Assembly (NCBI GenBank): GCA_965248535.1
Contig: CBDFJR010000002.1
Span: 2,208,001-2,272,000, forward strand
Reading direction: 5' to 3'
Source: Phormidesmis sp.
GTDB lineage: Bacteria > Cyanobacteriota > Cyanobacteriia > Leptolyngbyales > Leptolyngbyaceae
Length of the DNA: 64,000 bases
In this document: one piece after another, positions 51,893 to 61,378 of the stretch
Layout of the letters: each line of letters begins with the position of its first letter
Position numbering within the stretch: the stretch's first letter is position 1
The notes under the pieces: model-generated
What the model was told of the DNA's origin: nothing
The model's database searches: none
Seen by the model: only the letters and a program-made list of their open reading frames with translations
Made by a program: the position numbers and the translations under genes

Positions 51893-53224
51893 TCAAGATA
51901 GGTTTTTCAGAACTAACCCTAGCATTTCTATTATCTGATCGATGTGTTGCTTTTGAATAATCAACGGCGGTGATAGAGCAATAATATCGCCTGCTGTGCG
52001 AATTAATAATCCATTCTCAAAGCATTGCACCAGGCAATCATAGGCGCGACTCCCAACTTGATTAGGTCTCGATTCTAATTCAATTCCGGCGACCAATCCC
52101 AGATTGCGAATATCAATGACGTGGGGCAATCCTCTCAGCGAGTGAACTGCATCTTCCCAATAGCCAGACAAATGGTGGGCATGATCAAATAAGCCCTCTT
52201 CGTCATAGATATCTAGCGTCGCTTGAGCCGCTGCACAGGCAAGAGGGTGTCCTGAATAGGTGTAGCCGTGAAAAAGCTCGATCGTCCGCTCATCGCCGTG
52301 CATAAAGGCATCATAAATGCCATCGCGCACAAACACTGCCCCCATCGGCACTGCCGCATTGGTGATGCCTTTAGCCACACAAACTAAATCAGGAATGACT
52401 CCAAAATAGTCAGTAGCAAAGCCCTTTCCTAAACGCCCAAACCCGGTAATCACTTCATCGAAGATCAGCAAGATGCCGTGGCGATCGCAGATCGATCGTA
52501 GCCGTTCTAAATAGCCCTGGGGCGGCACTAAGACCCCCGTCGAGCCAGCTACGGGTTCGACAATAACGGCGGCAATGGTGGAGGCATCATGAAGGGTAAC
52601 TAGTCGCTCTAACTCATCGGCTAGGTGGGCACCCCAGTGGGGTTGACCGCGACTAAAGGCGTTTTGTTCTAAGTTATGGGTGTGGGGCAAATGATCGACA
52701 CCGGGCAGCAGGCTGCCAAAAGACTTGCGATTGGGGGCAATGCCGCCGACTGAGATGCCGCCAAAGCCGACCCCGTGATAGCCTCGCTCTCGCCCAATCA
52801 GCCGCGTCCGGCTGGCTTCTCCCCGGACTCGATGATAAGCCAGGGCAATTTTGAGGGCAGAATCGACGGCTTCAGAGCCAGAGTTGGCAAAAAAGACGTG
52901 ATTTAAGTCGCCGGGCAGCATTTTTGCCAGGCGATCGGCTAATGCAAACGGCCCAGGATGACCCATCTGAAACGTGGGGGCAAAATCAAGAGTGGCTGCC
53001 TGAGTTTGAATGGCGGCAATAATTTTTTCGCGGCAATGCCCGGCGTTAACGCACCACAGCCCGGCTGTACCGTCGAGCACTTGGCGATCGTCAACGGTGG
53101 TGTAATACATGCCTTTTGCAGAGGCCATTAATCGAGGCTGCGATTTAAACTGGCGATTGGCCGTGAAGGGCATCCAAAATGCATCCAGGTTATCTGGCAT
53201 CAGAGACGTAACAGGATCTTGCAT
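51893..53224 (-). CDS. Class III aminotransferase (omega-amino acid / beta-alanine:pyruvate type)
   Basis: WMPFTANRQFK, DGTAGLWC, NSGSEAVD, FDEVITGFGR, VAKG, HGYTYSGHP. Confidence 0.92.
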   Translation of the reverse strand: MQDPVTSLMPDNLDAFWMPFTANRQFKSQPRLMASAKGMYYTTVDDRQVLDGTAGLWCVNAGHCREKIIAAIQTQAATLDFAPTFQMGHPGPFALADRLAKMLPGDLNHVFFANSGSEAVDSALKIALAYHRVRGEASRTRLIGRERGYHGVGFGGISVGGIAPNRKSFGSLLPGVDHLPHTHNLEQNAFSRGQPHWGAHLADELERLVTLHDASTIAAVIVEPVAGSTGVLVPPQGYLERLRSICDRHGILLIFDEVITGFGRLGKGFATDYFGVIPDLVCVAKGITNAAVPMGAVFVRDGIYDAFMHGDERTIELFHGYTYSGHPLACAAAQATLDIYDEEGLFDHAHHLSGYWEDAVHSLRGLPHVIDIRNLGLVAGIELESRPNQVGSRAYDCLVQCFENGLLIRTAGDIIALSPPLIIQKQHIDQIIEMLGLVLKNLS

Positions 53225-53431
53225 AGTGAGTTTTTATGGTTTGAATTAAACACAGACAATGGCCACAACAGTGCCATGCCCGACCAACGGTTTGGGCCTC
53301 AAGTTTAGTCTTAAATTCAAGGTCTAACGTTTGCAACTCTAGAAGCGTTTAAAAAAGTATCTAATTAATTCTGAACGCGATCAAGGGACTCCGCACTGAC
53401 TGCCTCGCCCCTATCTCTGCAAGCTAGCGCT

Positions 53432-54007
53432 TTAGCCTGCCGCTTTTTTGCGACCTCTGGTTGAAGGGGTCTTAGGAGCCGCTTTGGTGGCTGTAGCTTT
53501 GGCTTTAGTGGCTGCGGGTTTTGCCTTAGCAGTTGGCGCAGATTTTGCAGTCGTCTTGGCAGCAGATTTTGCGCTTTCGACGGTGGTGGCGCGAGGGCGT
53601 TTTGCAGTCGTGGTCTCAGCGACAGGTTCGGGCTTTGCTGCCGCTCCGTTGCCGTTTCCATTCGTCAAGGTTACGGTTTCAGGATTAAGGGTGATGCCTT
53701 GGGTTTTCCGTCTTCTCGTTTTAGGTTTGCTGCCGTCTTTTTCTTTGCGCGCAGACGAGAGGTAATATTTCAGCGTTGATGGGCTGATTTCCACTCCCTT
53801 CTCTGTTAGCATTTTTGAAACTTCTGCGTAGCTATAGCCCCGATCGAGGGCCGCTGAAATCGGTTCCTTGAGCAAATCGATCGCTTCTCGCAGTGACCAA
53901 ATTTCTTTAGGCTTTTCGGCTAGCCCTTCTAAAATTGTAGCTGCGCTGCTGATCGCACCCTTTGACACTAGCGTTGATGTGGGTGATCGCCGTTTGGTTG
54001 TTACCAT
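53432..54007 (-). CDS. Basic HTH-like protein with a Lys/Ala/Thr-rich histone-H1-like tail
   Basis: SLREAI..L...I.AAL.RGYSY.EV...L...G..I...TL.YYL core; tail AKSAAKTTAKSAPTAKAKPAATKAK; start ATG 54007 inferred. Confidence 0.7.
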   Translation of the reverse strand: MVTTKRRSPTSTLVSKGAISSAATILEGLAEKPKEIWSLREAIDLLKEPISAALDRGYSYAEVSKMLTEKGVEISPSTLKYYLSSARKEKDGSKPKTRRRKTQGITLNPETVTLTNGNGNGAAAKPEPVAETTTAKRPRATTVESAKSAAKTTAKSAPTAKAKPAATKAKATATKAAPKTPSTRGRKKAAG

Positions 54008-54402
54008 TTCATTATCCTGAATAATTGAGTGACGTGGACTGTTTTTTCTAGACATTTGCAGTCTAGAGGTTTTAAACCTGTGAGCTTTCAAAAAAGATGT
54101 GTGACTCGTGGAGACTGTTGATTGATTTTTCAATTCGCGAGTCGTTGACGCTGCTGTCACCATTATGACCATCGTCGTCAATTATAGAGACATTTTAGAG
54201 TTTAGAATCAAATCTTAAAAATTGTCCTGATGGTTTAGCTAAGTTGATCATTTTGATTAGTCTCAGAGTCACCTCAGCTTTATCGAGACGGCCCTCTTGA
54301 TGATCGCTAGGCATTTTTTCTCGTGATCGCCAGCGGATGATGTCTTTTCTTTAAAAGGATGATCGATGTTAGTTAGTTTGTATTCCTAAAGTTGTCAGAC
54401 TG

Positions 54403-55179
54403 CTAACCAAACCGTTGGGCGATCGTGCAAAACACGGGGGCTAGCAGCAGCGCTGGAAGAAAGGCTGCAATGCTCAAGGACGTGATTTCCAGCAGGTTTA
54501 ATCCCAATCCCATAATCATTAAGCCACCGACTCCAGACGTTAATAAGACTGAAGGGGCGTTCACGGGGTCGGGCAGCACTTGCGCTAGGAACCCGGCACA
54601 GAGCGATAGCCCGCCTTGATAAAGCAAGATTGCGATGCTAGAAAATCCGACTCCGATGCCGTAGCTGCTGGTCAGAGCGATCGCGGCTAACCCATCCATC
54701 GCAGATTTGATTGACAATAGGGCATGGTCGCCTGATAAGCCGTTGCTGAGGCTGCCTAAGATCGCCAGCGGCCCGATGCAAAATAGCAAACTAGCGGCAA
54801 CAAACCCTTCGGTAAACCTGCCGCCGCCTTTAAAGAGATCGCGGAGCCAGTCGCCAATTTTTTGTAGCTGTGTTTCGATGCGCCACCATTCACCGAGCAG
54901 ACCACCGAGGACGATCGCGAGTAGCCCAATAATCACTCCGTCAATCTGACCTGCTTTGACTTTTAATAAACTACTAGCTAGAGTTACCCCTAAAAATAGC
55001 GTTAATAAGCCCAGTCCTTGGGTGATGATGCGCTGCATCCGCAGGGGCAAGCTTCCGGTTAAGCCCAGCCCAATCAGGGTGCCTCCCAGGATGGTAGCGA
55101 CGTTGATCCAGGTGCCGTTTGTTTTGTCCCACAGGCTGAGGGCGGCAGGGTGAATCAAAAAATGAGTGATTGGAATCAA
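54403..55179 (-). CDS. DUF554 membrane protein
   Basis: GTWINVATI..G, GFVAASLLFCIGP.AILGS, KS.MDG, G.GV.FS, GLNLL. Confidence 0.88.
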   Translation of the reverse strand: MIPITHFLIHPAALSLWDKTNGTWINVATILGGTLIGLGLTGSLPLRMQRIITQGLGLLTLFLGVTLASSLLKVKAGQIDGVIIGLLAIVLGGLLGEWWRIETQLQKIGDWLRDLFKGGGRFTEGFVAASLLFCIGPLAILGSLSNGLSGDHALLSIKSAMDGLAAIALTSSYGIGVGFSSIAILLYQGGLSLCAGFLAQVLPDPVNAPSVLLTSGVGGLMIMGLGLNLLEITSLSIAAFLPALLLAPVFCTIAQRFG

Positions 55180-55504
55180 GGGTAGACTTCCTCAACGGTG
55201 ACTAGCTTATTTAGCGTAGTCTTTTAGTCGAGGGTTGCTTCGATCGAGGATAAATGTGGGGATGCTCGATCGCGTTCTTTACTGACCACGTTCTTTACTA
55301 AAGCGCAAATCTGGTGGGGATTATGAGCTAAGTCCTGTCGGGCACTGCCGCAAGCAATGGTCACTGAAGCGGAGTGATCCAGGCGTAGTAGAGTACTTTC
55401 TACTTCTTTATTGGGGGAGGTGGATCAGAGACGGGATTTAGAGCGAGTGGAGCGATCGTAGAACTGTGAGATCAGTTACTCTGCGATCGTGTTTAGCCTA
55501 TTGA

Positions 55505-56526
55505 TCACACTACTCTACTTGCTGGGAGATAGAGGACATGCGGTTTTCGCTGGTTGGTAGGCTGCGGATTTCCTAAAACTAGTCTCTGAAGCTCCAGCCA
55601 GGTTACAACTTTAGTGTTGCTCGGATAATAGGCTTGGACAAAGCTGATAAAGTCGTCGATCGTGCAGGGCTTCTGCGTTCCTCCCATGTAGTCTTGGTGA
55701 AACTGTTCATGAATTTCGGGAACTAGAGTAAGCAGGTTATTTTCAACATCTGCCAAATGGGGATACCCACTTTGAGAATATAGGTGATGGGCTGCTAACT
55801 TAAGTTTGTTGACACGGTTTTTCTTTTGACCTGTCACTTGACAAGTGTTGCTATCCCTCTTTTTAGCTTTGTCCATTGCTGATAGAATTCGCTTTTCACG
55901 ATTTTGAATCTCAGCTACGATGTCAGAAATCTGCGGACTAATAACTTCTCCAACGTCCCCACACCACTCTTGACGATTCTTTTTAGACTGACATTCTTTG
56001 AAGGAGTGAGACAGTTTAAGAACACCTGCCAAGGAGAAATGCAATCCTCCCTCATCGATAAAGTCTTCAAAATCTTCACCTTTAATGAGAGGATACTGGT
56101 TTTTTGCGTATGGTCAGCCATTTTGCTTAAATAGTCAGACCGTGTTTTGAAAATTGTCACCAGGTCAGATCTTGAAACAAAAAACTGTCCATTGCGCTTG
56201 ACTAGTGACGAGGAGTTATCAAGAATGTGCTTCTTAATAAATGCTTTACTAATTTCTCGTTTAGTATGTGTAAACCATTCTGTCAGACGTTGCCAAAACG
56301 TTTGCTTTTGTGTTGCTTCAAGATAGCGAGCAATGGTATAAGCGCCTGATGAGGTATATTCTCGTAACCCAGTTGTTTTATTAACAACTTTATAATCCTT
56401 GCTTTCAGTCAATTCCCACTCATCATCTGGAACTGAGTCAAAGAATTTCTCGGTTTCAATCAGTTCCTGAGTGGTAATTTTTAGTGTTTTAACCAACTCT
56501 TGGGAAGTAATATACAGTTCTGCCAT
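55505..56526 (-). CDS. ~340 aa protein with two similar N-terminal segments and a C-terminal HNH-like nuclease; one base missing near 56098-56105
   Basis: Adding one base joins ...DHTQKT to QYPLIKGEDFEDF...; C-terminus RD.NTCQVTG...AHHL...NNLLTL...IHEQFH. Confidence 0.65.
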
Positions 56527-56528
56527 TT

Positions 56529-57179
56529 CTAAAACCTTTCAGTAAGACTTTTGTAAAACACGTTCAGACGAGCGAAGACATCAGCATTTCCTGTGTTGGG
56601 AATATCTGGGTGATAAATTTGGCTGAGTTTACGATACGCAGACTTAATATCCTCTGAAGTGGCTGTCTGAGGGTCTAGTCCAAACGCTTTCCATACCAAG
56701 TCATACTTAAAGATGTTGATGCCATTGATGCAGCCATAGCCAGTCTCATTTTCTTCTTCTGGCAAAATACTGATAAACTTGCGATATAGCTTTTCCCAGC
56801 TATCTTTCTTGCTAAATTCAAGGTTTCCCATACCGCTTGTTGCCATTGCAAAAGAGCCAGATTTTTTTAATTCTTTGACATCTTTAACATTAAAATAATT
56901 AAGAACGCAGTTTTTGATCTGAGCCAAGGTTAAAGGCTTGACTTTTACAGTCTTGACAACTTTGGGTGACTTAGGTTTAGGATCTTTCTTCTTATAATTC
57001 TCAATGACGAACTGAGTAAATTCTTCGATAGTCGCTGTGTCTATGCCTTGGGCTTCTGCAAGCCGAGAAATCTCATTTTGAATCAGTTGATTGAGTATGA
57101 TCTTAGACATTGGTTTTGCAACAGTTGAAGTTTCAGTACTCTGTTGTACATCCTTTGAACGAGTTTTGGTAGGGGTCAT
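56529..57179 (-). CDS. Protein with a C-terminal J-domain (HPD motif)
   Basis: W.AFGLDP.TAT.EDIKSAYRKLSQIYHPD; 2 nt from the next gene's ATG; start ATG 57179 or 57110. Confidence 0.8.
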   Translation of the reverse strand: MTPTKTRSKDVQQSTETSTVAKPMSKIILNQLIQNEISRLAEAQGIDTATIEEFTQFVIENYKKKDPKPKSPKVVKTVKVKPLTLAQIKNCVLNYFNVKDVKELKKSGSFAMATSGMGNLEFSKKDSWEKLYRKFISILPEEENETGYGCINGINIFKYDLVWKAFGLDPQTATSEDIKSAYRKLSQIYHPDIPNTGNADVFARLNVFYKSLTERF

Positions 57180-57491
57180 CTTCCAGATCCTCAATAACGT
57201 CGATCGCAGCCACTTTCCCGCGTCAAATCTTGTCGTAAGCAAATCTGACTGTGCGTTCAAATCACTGAGATGTCCTCCGTGATTGAAATCATAGTTCTAG
57301 TCTAAGTTCCTTATAAAGGTCTGATTTCAGTAAAATCACTGGGATTTTGTCAGAAATCATAAAGTCTCTACGAGTCAATTGAGAGAAGGGTGAAGACTTG
57401 CCAACGTAGCCCCACGAAAACTCAGCGAATATTCCGATCGTGGTAACCCCAACGTACCCTGACCCAAGTGTTTAATAACAGTTTTGAACGT

Positions 57492-59234
57492 CTAAAATCC
57501 GGCAGCGACACCCTCACCTCTGGGGTCGGCAGCCCCTTCTAAAGAGCCATCGGGCAGAACCACGATCGCGTTAGCATTTCCCCAACTGGAGCGTTCTTGA
57601 ATCTGATGTCCGCGACGTTTTAGATCAGCGATCGTTAGTGTGTCTAATCCCCATGATTCAACATTGAGGCGATCGGGCAGCCATTGATGATGAATTCTTG
57701 GAGCCGCGATCGCTCTGCGAACATCCATGTCGTAGACCAATATGTTTAAGATAATTTGCAACACTGTTGTAATGATTGTGCTGCCACCTGGTGACCCCAC
57801 GGCTAGTCGCAGATGACCGTTTTCGGTGACGATCGTCGGAGTCATGCTCGATAGCGGAATTTTGCTGGGCGCGATCGCGTTAGCTGTTCCGCCCACGAGT
57901 CCAAAGGCGTTGGGGGTGTTGGGCGCGATCGCAAAGTCGTCCATTTCGTTGTTCAAGACGATGCCCGTGCCTTTAGCGACAACTCCGGCCCCAAAACTGA
58001 GATTGACTGTGAAGGTCAGGCTGACGGCATTGCGATCGCGATCTACCACCGTGAGGTGGCTGGTTTCGACCGATTCTTTAGTCAGACGTTGCAGCACTGC
58101 GGGGTCAACGGCTTTTACTTGACTAGAGGGAGTTGCTTTTTGAGGATTGATTTCCTGTCGTCGTTTTTGCGCGTAGGCGGGGCTGATTAATGCCTTAACC
58201 GGAACTTTGACAAAATCAGGATCACCGAGATAAGTGGCCCGATCGGCGTAGGCAATTCGCATCGACTCGGCTAATAAATGTAGGGCATCGGGACTATGCC
58301 AGCCCATTGTTGTTAAGTCTGTGTCGCCAATCATGTTGAGAATTTGCAGCAGATGAACGCCTCCCGAAGACGGTGGCGGCATTGAGCAAACTCGTGCTTT
58401 ACGAAAGTCGCCACAGACTGGGGTGCGCCAGGTTGGGCGATATTGCTGGAGATCTTTTTTGGTGATCAATCCATGATTAGCTGCCATATCGTTGGCGATC
58501 GCTGCTGCAATCGTTCCTGTATAAAAATCTTGAGGATTTTGAGACACCGATCGTAACGTTGCAGCCAATTCTGACTGAACTAACTGATCGCCCACTTGAT
58601 AAATCTTGCCACTGTGAGTGAAAATTTTCCGGGCATCAGGATTTTTAAGTAGCGTTTGTTGTTCTTCTTCTGTAGCGTTCACAAACCGCCAGCTAACCGG
58701 AAATCCCTTTTCTGCTAACTGAATCGCTGGAGCAATCACAGTTTTCCACGGTAAGTGTCCATATTGACGATGGACTTCATAGAGTCCGGCGATCGTGCCC
58801 GGTGTTGCCACCGCTAAATATCCATTTGTACTCGCGTTGGGGCGCACATTCCCCTGTCTGTCCAGATACATGGTTTTTGTAGCGTTAAGCGGCGCACGTT
58901 CCCGAAAATCTAAGGCCTTTGTCTCGTTGTTTTTCGCCTGATACATCAGCAAAAATCCACCGCCACCCAGTCCGGCTGAAAATGGCTCGACCACCGAGAT
59001 GGCAAAGGTTGTGGCAACGGCAGCATCTACGGCATTGCCGCCCTGTTGCAGCATTGACAGTCCCGCTTGAGTCGCGAGGGGGTTGGCAGACGCGACCATG
59101 CCTTGATTAGCCCGATCGAGCATAGCAGTCGGGGGAGAAACCGCGATCGCAGGCAGCGATCCACCCATTCCTACAGCAATGATCACGCCGAGAGCAAAAA
59201 TTTTGTGACTCTGAAATGCGCCAATGTAATTCAT
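57492..59234 (-). CDS. ggt: Gamma-glutamyltransferase
   Basis: GGNAVDAAVA, DFRERAP, PPPSSGG, catalytic ETSHL, NNEMDDF, PLSSMTP, GSPGGS; ATGA overlap with cbiB. Confidence 0.96.
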   Translation of the reverse strand: MNYIGAFQSHKIFALGVIIAVGMGGSLPAIAVSPPTAMLDRANQGMVASANPLATQAGLSMLQQGGNAVDAAVATTFAISVVEPFSAGLGGGGFLLMYQAKNNETKALDFRERAPLNATKTMYLDRQGNVRPNASTNGYLAVATPGTIAGLYEVHRQYGHLPWKTVIAPAIQLAEKGFPVSWRFVNATEEEQQTLLKNPDARKIFTHSGKIYQVGDQLVQSELAATLRSVSQNPQDFYTGTIAAAIANDMAANHGLITKKDLQQYRPTWRTPVCGDFRKARVCSMPPPSSGGVHLLQILNMIGDTDLTTMGWHSPDALHLLAESMRIAYADRATYLGDPDFVKVPVKALISPAYAQKRRQEINPQKATPSSQVKAVDPAVLQRLTKESVETSHLTVVDRDRNAVSLTFTVNLSFGAGVVAKGTGIVLNNEMDDFAIAPNTPNAFGLVGGTANAIAPSKIPLSSMTPTIVTENGHLRLAVGSPGGSTIITTVLQIILNILVYDMDVRRAIAAPRIHHQWLPDRLNVESWGLDTLTIADLKRRGHQIQERSSWGNANAIVVLPDGSLEGAADPRGEGVAAGF

Positions 59235-60214
59235 GATGCTCCTAAAATGGTTAATCCTGATAGTGCGATCGCTAACCAACTCAAAAAACTGATGCGCGTC
59301 AACTGCAACGCTTGCCGAATAATTTCTGGCGTAATCGATCGAGTTGGCTCACCCAAAAACGGCTTATGTTTTTCTATGCCGTGATACCAATTAGTGCCGC
59401 CGACTTGCACCCCCAACACAGCCGCATAAGCGCATTCGCTCCAACCGGAGTTTGGGCTAGAATCTTTGGGCCCATCTCGCTGGCAGAGCCGCCAAACTTC
59501 ACGAGGTTTTCTAGACAACAACGATAGAGTCAACACCGATAATCGACACGGCAACCAAGTCAAAAAATCATCAGTTTTAGCGCTACACCACCCAATATCT
59601 TGATAAGGAGCCGTCTGATATCCCACCATTGAATCTAAAGTGCTAGCGGCTTTATAAGCCAACGCGAACGGCACACTGCCAATCATGGGTAGAAATGCAC
59701 CGATTAATGCATAGAACAACGGAGCCATAACTCCATCGATAGCATTTTCGGTAACCGTTTCTAACACGGCTCGAAGAATCTCTGATTCACTCAAGTTTTC
59801 GGTATCGCGTCCCACATACAGACTTAGCTGCGATCGCGCCTGATCCAGATCTCCTTCTTTTAACGGGCGCAACACAGCTTCAGCCGCCGATCGTAAGCTT
59901 CGTCCTGCAAAACAACTGGCTAACAAAATGCTGGCAGTGATTAGCCCCAACGCTGGATGGAATGCTTTTGAGAATGCGACGATTCCCCATCCGATAACAC
60001 CACTTCCAACCACAATGAGAACAGTTAGAATCACACCTATAAATCGCAATAATGCTGGCTGCTTGAATGTTTTTAAAGCGGATTTAGAATAGCCATCAAT
60101 CGCCCAGCCCATGATCTGAACCGGATGCAGCCATCCCCACGGGTCGCCAATTCCATAATCGAGGAGAGCAGCGATCGCTAAAACACTGATTTCCCATCTC
60201 TCTCTAGACCACAA
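59231..60214 (-). CDS. cbiB: Adenosylcobinamide-phosphate synthase
   Basis: GDP...HPV, VGRDT, ETVTEN..DG, YKAASTLDSMVGY, SPNSGW.E; start (TTG 60214) uncertain. Confidence 0.93.
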   Translation of the reverse strand: MWSRERWEISVLAIAALLDYGIGDPWGWLHPVQIMGWAIDGYSKSALKTFKQPALLRFIGVILTVLIVVGSGVIGWGIVAFSKAFHPALGLITASILLASCFAGRSLRSAAEAVLRPLKEGDLDQARSQLSLYVGRDTENLSESEILRAVLETVTENAIDGVMAPLFYALIGAFLPMIGSVPFALAYKAASTLDSMVGYQTAPYQDIGWCSAKTDDFLTWLPCRLSVLTLSLLSRKPREVWRLCQRDGPKDSSPNSGWSECAYAAVLGVQVGGTNWYHGIEKHKPFLGEPTRSITPEIIRQALQLTRISFLSWLAIALSGLTILGAS

Positions 60215-60647
60215 AGCTCGCCTCCTCTCCTTGGGCGGCTTGCCAGCTTCGGGCATCATAATAGAGATCTTCTAGAGAAATTTCGTAAAGGGCTTCTTTT
60301 AGCTTTTTGTGGAGTCGATTCCACAGGCTAAAGGTCACCCAATCTTCAGCTTGCCCACCGCTAGGGGCATGATGAGGCAACGGTTCTACACTTTCGCCCA
60401 CTGCTTCTAAAATCTGCCCCAACGAGATTTTTCCCGGCGGGCGAGATAGTTGATAGCCCCCCTGAGCGCCCCGCACCGACTGCACCAAATTTGCCCGTCG
60501 CATCTCAATCAACAGTTTTTCTAGATAAGGGGCTGGCAGACTTTGGCGTTGCGCGATCGCTTTCACAGACGCGGGGCCATAGCCTGGCTGAAAGCTGAGA
60601 TCTAACAAGGCTTTAACGCTATAGTGCCCGCGAGTCGTTAACTTCAA
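60204..60647 (-). CDS. Rrf2-family transcriptional regulator (no Cys ligands)
   Basis: MKLTTRGHYSVKAL, YLEKL, SVRGAQGGY.L. Confidence 0.92.
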   Translation of the reverse strand: MKLTTRGHYSVKALLDLSFQPGYGPASVKAIAQRQSLPAPYLEKLLIEMRRANLVQSVRGAQGGYQLSRPPGKISLGQILEAVGESVEPLPHHAPSGGQAEDWVTFSLWNRLHKKLKEALYEISLEDLYYDARSWQAAQGEEASFVV

Positions 60648-60720
60648 GAGTGTCCAACCAAGTGATAGCTCTCCCGTGTCGGAGAGAAGGTCTTCAGTTT
60701 AACAGGGCTTTGAGCCTTCT

Positions 60721-61155
60721 CTATGAGTGTCCCAAATTTAATAGCTCTTGCGGCGATGCGATTAGCTTCACCTTGAGAACTGTGATCTCTTGTTGAGAAT
60801 TCAGCTTAAACAGCCACGCTACATTGACGCTAAACCGCTGCGTTTGCACGCGGCCCCTCACGTCGATCTCAGCGCCCCCTTCTTCCATAACTTGTTTGCT
60901 CACCGTTTGGCGCGGTTGAGCCGTGATGCCGCTAGCTGCAACGTTGAGATAGTCAGCGATCGCGTCCCGTCCTTCGATCGCCGCCTCAAAAGGCGGATTC
61001 AGCACGCCAGCGATCGCAAATTGCTGACTAGTCGCTTCAAAATCCCCCGCATTAAACGTTTCAAAATAACGCATTAAACTAGGCTCCGTCACCCCTGCGA
61101 TCGAACTAGATTCAGGTTGAGAAGCGATCGCAGTCTCAGAATTAACGGGTTGCAT
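60721..61155 (-). CDS. Orange carotenoid protein C-terminal domain homologue (CTDH, NTF2-like)
   Basis: RYFETFNAGDF, PPFE..I.G..AI..YL, VQT..FSVNVAW.F.LN, LIASPQELLNL. Confidence 0.85.
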   Translation of the reverse strand: MQPVNSETAIASQPESSSIAGVTEPSLMRYFETFNAGDFEATSQQFAIAGVLNPPFEAAIEGRDAIADYLNVAASGITAQPRQTVSKQVMEEGGAEIDVRGRVQTQRFSVNVAWLFKLNSQQEITVLKVKLIASPQELLNLGHS

Positions 61156-61245
61156 ATCGATCGAGCATTATAGTTCCTCTGGACAATAAACAAAAAAGCA
61201 GAAATTGTCTTGCCTCTAGAGAGATAGACCGTCGATCACGCACCA

Positions 61246-61297
61246 AAAACTCGGAGGTTTGAGCCAATCACAGAATTCTTACAAACCTCCGAGTTTT
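61246..61297. repeat. 16-bp perfect inverted repeat in the divergent CTDH/queG intergenic region
   Basis: AAAACTCGGAGGTTTG (61246) and CAAACCTCCGAGTTTT (61282). Confidence 0.8.
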
Positions 61298-61378
61298 GTA
61301 TTTCCGGGTTCTCCGAGTTTACGCAAAACCTTTAGATAAACTAACAGCAGTAGCAGACTTCACCAGCAGAGATAACGA

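Noticed and set aside
55200..55500. Gene remnant or att site beside the J-domain/HNH island (11-bp direct repeat CGTTCTTTACT)
   Set aside because: There is no recognisable translation, and I found no matching repeat on the other flank of the island.
56095..56108. Programmed -1 ribosomal frameshift in the HNH gene
   Set aside because: The A run reads CAA AAA ACC in the zero frame, which is not a canonical X XXY YYZ phase; a one-base homopolymer error is simpler.
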